A DNA stretch of 64,000 nucleotides from Octopus sinensis (taxonomy: Eukaryota). Position numbers and translations under genes: made by a program. Location of the stretch: NCBI RefSeq assembly GCF_006345805.1, contig NC_043001.1, positions 88,474,001 through 88,538,000 on the forward strand. The letters run 5' to 3'. Below, in pieces: positions 54,901 to 64,000 of this stretch (positions are counted from its first letter, which is position 1; each line of letters opens with the position of its first letter). The notes beneath the pieces are model-generated. The model did not search any database. It was not told the origin of the DNA and saw only the letters and a program-made list of their open reading frames with translations.

Positions 54901-56345
54901 GTTGAAAAGTTAAACTAGGATGGGAATAATAGTTTTATTGTTGTAAGACCATATTAGTGAAGGAAGTAATAAAAAAGAAAGGGAGAATATTAGTAAGGCA
55001 ATCTGTGAGTCATAGGATGACTGAGAGAATGGTCGAGTTGTAGGAGATTCAGGACTACCCAGCATTATATGTGAGTGGATGGTGTGATGCCTGAAAAGGA
55101 AATTTGGTGTGAATAGAAAAGAGTATGGGTAGGAAGGATAGGTAAGTGTTGCAGTAGTGTGCACTGGGGCGGGCAGTGAATGATGGATAGAAATAGGAAT
55201 GGAGGTGATCAGAGGTAAATAGGATGTAAGGGTAAACAGGAGTAATGGGATAACTGATGATATGAATGATGGATGTCAATTGGAAGTGACATATGGGAGA
55301 TCCAATGATGAATGGCAGTATAGAATGGATTAGTTGAGCATGTATATATATACATGTGTGTGTGAGTATACATATTCATGCATACACACACACACACATT
55401 CACACACACACATATATATACATATATTTCTATATGTTGAGTTGTTTAAAATATAAAAAAATATATCCTTGATGTTTAAGAGCTCAGTTATTAGCATTGT
55501 TAAACTCCAATACACTATCACAATGCCTTAAATATTGACGGAATAAAACTGCATGCATATACAGACTTGACTCAGCTAAAATGATAGTTGAGAGCAACAT
55601 AAGTAGACTAGTAAGTAGCAGAAAAATCTCAATTTTATGTATGATTCATAATTTAGTCGTTTATGTCAGCCGTTTCAGTGGAGTAAAAAATGTCATTATT
55701 TATATAGTTACATAATTAAAACATTAATTAATTTGAATGTGATGCATTCTCATTAGGAGAGAAAGAAGGAAAATAAACATATCACCCCCCCCACACACAC
55801 ACACACCAAATACATTGTGGACTTTATTCTCCATATAACAATGTGCTAAATTGGAACAGGAACACAAGAAAAATATAAGAAAAAGAAACAGAAGTTATAA
55901 AAGAAGCAACTGTTGACCATAGTAGTAATAGTAACAGTAGAGGTATGAGCCAGGTAGTGTAAATGAAAGTCACCATCTAACAAAGGAATCTGAGTGTTTT
56001 TCTTTTATTGCAGTTGTTTTTTGGTGGTGGTTGTAGTTGTCATTATAGCAGCTGATGTTGCTCTCCAGAATCCGAATTATCCTTGTCGTAACCACTACTA
56101 CTGTTTAGTCTTACTTGTAGTTGGTCTTCAAGCTATCTGTGTTTTTCTTTATTACTATAGTGAAAGATGTCAAGTAGAAGGTTAGTTTTTGTATTTTTTC
56201 AAGCTGATCATTTTGTTGTAAGTTTATTATTTTCCCCCCCTTCAAGCCAATCTGTTTGTATAAAATGCAATAATTTTTCTTTTGTGTGTGTGTGTGTGCT
56301 GTGACTGTTTGTTGTCATTTCCCATCTTTTTACCTCTTAATTTTG

Positions 56346-56392
<47 letters not shown>

Positions 56393-56669
56393 CTATCTAT
56401 ATTTATAAGTATATTCCTTATATATCAGTATTAGCATATGCCAAACTATCTACACTCAACTGAATGCAAAATAGTTCTATTCAGAATTCATACTTGGACT
56501 TAGTCACTTATAAGTATTTCTGTTCATTCATTTTCTATTATATCTATTAATATAGACTTATGTATATGTGTGTGAATAACTTTTTACACAACTTCATGCA
56601 CATATAAAGTATGCATTACTTTACACCCTAATGTACATTAAAAATAGAAAACCATTACCCCTCTCTCTC

Positions 56670-57035
56670 TCAGTTGTTTGATTCCTAGCCACATGGTTCT
56701 GGGTTCAGTGTCGCTGCATGGTATCTTGGGCAAGTGTCTTCTACTATAGCCTTGGGCCAACCAAAGCCTTGTGGGTGGATTTGGTAGGCAGAAACTGAAA
56801 GAAGCCCACCATATATATCGTGTGTGCGTGTACACACACACACACACACACACACATACTCTGTGTTTATTTCCCACCACCATTTGACAATTGTATTGCT
56901 TTGATTACAAACCTGTAAAATAGAGTTTTGACAAAAGACTGATAAAGTGCCAAGTTTCAAAATATAAGTACTGGGGTTATGGTACCCCAACATGGCCACA
57001 GTCCAATGACTGCAACATGTAAAAGATAGAAGATT
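56670..57035 (+). mobile_element. tRNA-derived SINE family B
   Basis: CCACATGGTTCTGGGTTCAGT...GGGCAAGTGTCTTCTACTATAGCC...GGATTTGGTAG..AGAAACTGAAAGAAGCCC. Confidence 0.8.
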
Positions 57036-57149
57036 AAGATATGTATATACACACACATATGTAGATATATGTGTGGTTCACTTATACACACACTCACATA
57101 CACAAGCCTCAGTGTACATTTCTAAATACATGAATGCATGTACATCCCT

Positions 57150-58600
57150 CTTGAGAGGTTTAATCACTAAGAGTGAAAAATGTCATAATAAGAATCAACC
57201 AGTCATAGAATATTTTACAAATTATCACACAGTAATTACCATAACCTGGAGCAAATAGAAGTGTGGTGTAGTGAAGATTGAGCATAGTAATGTTTACATT
57301 TCATAAGAAAGGTTTCAATTGAGTCTTTGGAAGACTATGTTTTTTGTAGTTTGTTAGACCTCTACAGGTATGTTAACAGTCTATAGTGACTGTAAGATTT
57401 CATTGTCATATGTATTTAGGATGCAATTCTCTTAAAGTTAGCATCTTAGTGTATCTATACTTTTGGTTGTACAAAGGTTACACTTTTTGTTATTCCTTGA
57501 GTATGGGTATGCCTTAGTCAATATGTTCTTAGTTTTTTTTCAGTTCTCAGTTGTAATTTGGCTAACATTGTGTCCTTTCTTATAAATAGGTTTCAAAACA
57601 TATGTTTTTGATGGAAATAATATAGCTTAAATGGATTAGGTCAAGCCTATTTATATATGCTTTGGATAATTGAGGAGTTTGTGTTGCAATCTGAAATATT
57701 TCCTAATTAATTTGAAGGAGATTTTGGATATTGTAGGGTGGCTACTACTTCTATTCTTATTTCTAATGCTGTTGTTAGACCACCAAGGTAGTTCTATGTA
57801 AACCCATATCTTGACGGGGTTACTTTATATTATTAGACTACATCTGTAAACATTTGCTTGTTTGTTTCAAAGCTTTACATGAGATATTTGCTAAGTTAAT
57901 TATTGATGATATATTTTGTGTGTGATTGGTGTCTTTATGGATGTAACTTGGTGCTTCTTGTAGTTTTAGATATGAATGGTGATTTGAGTTTGTAAAATTA
58001 AATGTTAAATCTAGGTTTTTTCATAGTAGTACTTAATGCCTCTATTTGCATGAGTAGCTGTGTCTGTTCAAGATAGGCCTGAACTACTATGACAGTAATT
58101 GTGTTATTCCAAAGTATAACATGGGCTACATCATTCACACTTGGGATGCTGTTTGTCTAAAATATGTTTACTAATCTTTCCTAGGTCTGTGTTCATCAGG
58201 TTGATAAGTTTGACGGTATGATGTCAAAGTCTAGTTCATGATGCTTATAACAAAATATAATGTAGCACCGTCTTGCTATAATGTTTTTTTTTCTTTTACA
58301 TTGTTCTTCCAAGATGTCATCAAGTTTAAAGATAAATTATGATTTGCTACATTATCCTGTGTAATGCATAATTCATAGATCATAAAGAACTGTAAGGATC
58401 CAAGTTTTTGGTCTACTCTAGATATTTATTTTTATTTTTCAGCTCCTTGGCTTCACTCATTGGCTTGTGACAATGTTGGGTCACAGCATTCAGAGTTATT
58501 TTAATTAACCCCCATCCAGTAACCCAGTAATTAAGTATAAGTACACTACTGATAATCCAGTACCTCTTTTAATTTACACAATCATGTGAGGACATTTAAG
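57150..58600 (-). mobile_element. Penelope-like element relic
   Basis: Minus-strand SSHPTI and SYSC motifs resemble the PLE RT-to-endonuclease linker; heavily decayed. Confidence 0.4.
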
Positions 58601-59274
58601 CTTCCTTTGACTATTATTAACTTTTGCATTACCAAGCCCTCGTGATACACATTTGTTAATTAGTAACATATAAAGAAGGTGGAAACACTTTTCTGGTACC
58701 CATCTATAAAGAGGTAAATGTTTAAAACAAAATTTAATCCCACATACTAATCTACTAAGGAAACTCTTTTTCTGAAGAGCAAATTAATAAATATCCTGCT
58801 TTCACTACAATCTCCCAGCTTGAAAAAGGGATAAGTAAATACATATTCTTCACAGTTGTTTCAAGAAAGGGTCTAATGAATGTGATTAGGGGGTTAGTAC
58901 ATGACATTAGATTCTTGTTTTGTTTTTGTTTCCTATCCTTCATCAACTTCAAATTAACAATGTCTGTGCAATATTTCATTAATAAATTTGATGGTTCAAC
59001 AAATGAAAATAGAGCAAATCTTAATCCTTAACTTTTTTCAGCTTCAGTAAATATTTGGTTTTTTTTTTGGTTTTTTTTTTGGGGGGGGGGGGTGAGGAGG
59101 TTGGTCATAGGTAAATAGATTCTGATGGGGGCAACTGTATTTATCTACTATAAAATAAAATTCAGTGTGCCAAATAGTGTAGCTGTATTCCAATATCATT
59201 GTTTTTCCACAACATGGCCAGATGATACAACTCACATCTCATGAAAGACAACTGATAAATACTTGGATGCATGG

Positions 59275-59306
<32 letters not shown>

Positions 59307-60859
59307 ATCAAAAAATCAAGAGGAAGAAATGAGAATTGATCTGCTAGGATTGTGGATGGTGTTAGAATAGAGGATGCAGCTGAAAGGAGGGCAAGAAGGT
59401 GAAGACAGAAGGTGGTGGAGAAAAAAATAACAAGTTTAAAAGTGTGGAAAGTAGGAAGTTACTTAAAAAGTAATTGTACTAGTAGTACTGAGAACCTTTA
59501 TAGAGTAACTGTGAGGGCAACATAAAAAGGTAGTGAGGGGAGACTGTTGATATGGTGTTACAAATAATATTATTGACAATAATAAAAATGATTGTTTTAC
59601 TGGCAGTAATAATAATATCCATAATCCTTTTGACTATAGGCCTGGAATTTGGTGGAAGGTGGCTTGTCAATTATATCAGCCCCAGAGCTTAACTGACACT
59701 CATTTTATGGATCCCAAAAGGTGAAAGGCAAACTCAAGGAAATGCTGCTAGGCATTTTGCTAAGGATACTGTCAGTTTTTCACTGTAATAATAATAACAA
59801 TAACTATAATAATAATGATAGCAATAGATTAAAAAAATAAACATAAAATCATTATAGTCATGATGATAATCTAAAAAGTAGTAAACAAAATTGTAAAATC
59901 AAATACTTAAACTATGTTATTTATACTTCTAGTGTTAACTAAGGCTAGTAGTTGTAATCATTGTCAAGATTTTGTAAAAGGGTTTAAATAAAGTATAAGG
60001 CTGAGAATCTAAGACTGGGTGAATGTACTAAAGAGAGAGAGAGAGAGACTGGAGGTAGCTAAGGGAAAAATATTTTGAGATAGTGGGTAAGAGCAAATGG
60101 TAAAAAGAGGTCATAAATTTGACTGTAGTATAGTAAGAAGCCAAGCAAAAACAAGAGGAATTTTAGCAAATATGCAACTAGTGTGAAGATCAGTGCAATA
60201 CAGTAGATATTTGACTATAGAGGTGTGGCATAGAAGGGAAAATTCAAAAGGTCAACTTGCATCAAATTTAGTTTCGCAAACCAATTTTTCTCAGCTAGGC
60301 AATTGGAATAGCTGATGTTTATAAAAAAAATGAGAATTGTTGTAGTAGTAGTATTGGCAGTGAATTTGAAATATAGTGTGAAAGTTGACAGAAATATCTA
60401 GATTTATAAAACTTACTGGAAATTAGTGAAAATTATTGGTAAAGACTTGATAGGAAATAAAATATTGGAGCTTATGGACAAAATTGATACCAAAATAAAT
60501 TAGAATTAAATAGTGTAACTTATTAGTAAAAGAATGGTAAAAATAGAAACATTATTAAAAGTTAAGGGCTATTAATGAAGTTTAGGAAATATTTGATGAT
60601 GGTGGAGGAGGTGAAGCACAGAAAATCTACTTGGGTAAAGACAAAAAATAATACATAAAAAGAACTAGGAAAAATATGAGAAAATGTGTAGAAGTATGTG
60701 AAAAAATATGACAAAAGTGGATGATACATAAAAAAAAAACTTTTAAAGAAAAGATTAAAAAAAAAGAGGATGTGAAAAGTGCAAGGAAAATACAAAGAAA
60801 GGATGGGTGTGACACAGGGGGTTCATGTGTTGTGTAACTGGAGTAGGGCTCACAGTCAT

Positions 60860-61930
60860 TAAAGGAATAGACTTTGTAGGAGGATGTGGCTTTGCAAGGT
60901 AGTAGATGAAGGTGGATTTCAAGGTCCATTGTAATATATAGATTTTCTGTATTTTTGATTCTGAATATTTGAGCTTGGAGGAAAGAAAAGTGTAAGTTGA
61001 TATATGTTGATTTGGTTACTGAGCTTGCAGAAGGAGGATTTTGTTAAGGATAAGTTTAGATTAGGGGTACTTGTAAGTTCTAAAGCTTTTAGGTTACATG
61101 AAAACAACCCTTTGGATCATGCTTTGATTAGAGAATCCTTCACTGATACAATTTCAAAGAGCTCTACTGGATACAGTTCAGGTTTTTCCATCTCCAGCAT
61201 AGAGCTTGGCTCTTGTGTGTATATCTTCCAATTTAAGCTATCTAGTATGTTATTTATTTGGAGGCTCCAGATCTACATTGAAGCAGAGTTTGTTTTATAG
61301 AAAATGGATATTGTTTGTCCCTGGTTTTGAAGGTGTTAGCAGTGAGACCAGTGTAAGTCTTGGTGGAGTTAGCTGTAACTTTACATTAGTAAGCATCTTT
61401 GTTCAAACAAAATTAAGGTACTAAGAGAGATCACCATAATTACACAGTTGCTAGGGGTAGGTGGAGGTGTGAAGTTTAGAAAGATTAGAAGAAAGATGAC
61501 ATTGGTCAAGACAGTGAGTCATAGACTATGAAATTTTGTTAATGCTTGCTTCATATCTTGTATCCATTCTCTTTTTTTTATATATTTGTGCTGATGTGGG
61601 GAGAATTTCTTAATAAGAAAAATGATAATTTGGTTCCATGTCTATTTATCAATTATAAGATAGATTGTACAAACAGGGGCCCTTTTTCTATATCTAGAGT
61701 TACTTATTTGATGATAGGGTTCAGTGTATTGAATATTTCCTTGAACCTACTTATTAAGACCACTATATAATAAGTTGAGTGGTTCTGAAATATCTACTTG
61801 TTAGAGGAAAGACTTTAGAGTCTAAAGGTGTTCCTCAGGTTAGTTATTTGGTAAAAAGGCTCCTGTATATAGTAAAGTTTCTTATCCTTAGAAGAAGGGT
61901 ACTACTGAAAATTAGATTGATCAAAATTTT
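60860..61930 (-). mobile_element. Penelope-like (GIY-YIG) relic
   Basis: Minus-strand TYTGLTANTFKTR resembles the YIG.T...FK.R motif; boundaries approximate. Confidence 0.4.
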
Positions 61931-62750
61931 TCTTTGTTCACTCCTGCTTTTTCTGTCATATAAAAATCTTGCCACCATATATCCATGAGTGTGTATGAAT
62001 GCATGCATGCATATATTTATGTGAATATGTATGTATATATATGTATATATATATATATATATATTTATATATTGATGTGCATATGTATGTATATATATAG
62101 GTATCTATATATGTGTATGTTTATATATTTATACATGTATATATATATATGTATATATGTTTATAAATGTACATACATATAGATAGATATATTCTTTTAC
62201 TTGTTTCAGTAAAGGGTTTTAGTCGAACAAATCAACTCCAGGGCTTATTTTTTATAACCTAGTACTTATTGTATCAGTCTCCTTCATGGGATATGGCTGT
62301 ATATGTGTATGTATTGTATACACACACACATATATATATTGCCAAAGTCTAAATTCCCTTGCTCGGATCTTTTATCACTTTGTCCTGCAGCTCTTGGATA
62401 AATTCTGGCATGCAGATGTAGTCAACATCTTTTATATTCCTTCCTGCTGGTCACAGTTTTGTAGTCTTTGTTACAGTCGTCCATGTCATATCTTACAGCC
62501 TTTAGTGTTCGCAGAGTATTGAGCATCAGTGATGATGTCAGTATTTTGATACTTGGCACAAATCATAGTCCTCCATATCATCTAACTTTTTCTCAACTAC
62601 AACTCTTATCTTTACACTCTCCAATGCCATTGGCTGTTCACCAATACATTAAACAGCTCCTGAGAAAAAGAGACATAAAGAAAATCATCTAATTTAGCCT
62701 GAGCTACCTTAATATACATGTATATTGTGTGTGTGTGTGTGTGTGTGTGT

Positions 62751-63290
62751 ATAGATAGATAAATAAATAGACAGATGGGTAGATAGATAGATAGATAGAC
62801 AGACAGATAGGTAGATAGATAGACAGACAGACAGATAGGTAGATAGATAGACAGATAGGTAGATAGATAGACGGATAGGTAGATAGATAGACGGATAGGT
62901 AGATAGATAGATAGACAGATAGGTAGATAGATAGATAGACAGACAGATAGTTAGATAAATAGATAGATAATTAGATAAACAGACAGATAGGTAGATAGAT
63001 AGATAAATTGACAGACAGGCATATAGATAGATAAATAGATAGATAATTAGATAAACAGACAGAGAGATAGGTAGATAGATAGATAGATAGATAGATAGAC
63101 AGATAAATTGACAGACAGACAGATAGGTAGATAAATAGATAGATAATTAGATAAACAGACAGAGATAGGTAGATAGATAGATAGACAGACAGATAAATTG
63201 ACAGACAGACAGACAGATAGATAGATAGACAGACAGACAGGTAGATAGATAGATAAACAGACAGACAGATAGATATTAGATAGATAGATC
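62751..63290. repeat. Compound (GATA/GACA/GGTA)n tetranucleotide microsatellite
   Basis: Direct reading; explains the LSIY-repeat ORFs. Confidence 0.95.
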
Positions 63291-64000
63291 TGTATGTGTA
63301 TGTACAAACTGGTTGGAGAATGTTTAATTGCCTCTGTTGATAATAAAAAGTTTGTTTCTCAGATAAAAAAGCAGATTGCATGATACTCATCTATGAATTG
63401 TGATGTTGCATGATAGTGACACATGATCTATCATGGACAATTAGAACTTGCGGACACTAGAAAGAAATGCAAGTACAATGCTGTATTGGATGTGCATCAG
63501 AATGCATGAACAACAAAATTCTTATGTGTTGAGAGAAAAATTGAGCATAAAATAATCACATGTAATGTGTGAGATAAACCGCACCAGTGTATGTAATGTG
63601 CTTGCATGAGGACAGTGCCAAGCACTTAATGAGGAATTCAGAATGAAATTAAATCTTCTAGTTCAGGCTAATCTCATAACTTTGCACCTCATGGAGATGT
63701 CAAAGGACTAAGGTGACTGGCAATATGTATTGCTTTAGAAGACCCATCCAGTTTGGCAACACTGAGGTTCTGGAAGTATATGTATATATACAAGTGAACT
63801 CTCTCTCACTTTGCTTTTCAAAGCTTCTTCATTACCCTTTCATATCTCTCTGTTACTGATCCTGCCATCACTTGCTTAACTGCAATATTCTGATTGCTAT
63901 AATTGAAGAAGAGCTGAACTACATATATCATTTATATACCAGTTATCTTTTTCACTACCTTGGAACATTTGAGTTGACTCCCATAATTCATTCTTAACAA

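Noticed and set aside
63388-63452. Hairpin CATGATAG/CTATCATG with vaguely hammerhead-like flanks
   Set aside because: Both core boxes would need indels; too degenerate to support.

Overview
AT-rich, CpG-depleted, microsatellite- and SINE-dense animal DNA. The SINE families and repeat landscape suggest an octopus or other coleoid cephalopod (inference). The window is almost entirely intronic sequence of a + strand CaMKII gene. Three coding exons are visible: two paralogous 73-nt copies of the exon encoding kinase helix E and the HRD catalytic loop (21658-21730 and 37213-37285; almost certainly mutually exclusive), and the following 103-nt DFG exon (46702-46804). Around these exons I see what looks like an RNA-structure control system: (i) a ~200-nt colinear imperfect duplex joining the intron just after the first copy to the intron just before the second copy, 15 kb away; (ii) a 20/22-nt antisense match to the first copy 19 kb downstream, next to three codons that A-to-I editing would convert to the CaMKII consensus; (iii) long AG-free acceptors with probable distant branch points. 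The introns also contain several type I hammerhead-ribozyme motifs (best at 6000-6119, sense strand), a ~390-nt fold-back palindrome, a 582-bp tandem duplication, and relics of CR1-, RTE-, R4/Dong-, Penelope-, pogo- and DD37D(maT)-type elements. Most ORFs in the supplied track are microsatellite or random ORFs. All structures were paired by eye and are not computed; repeat boundaries are approximate.
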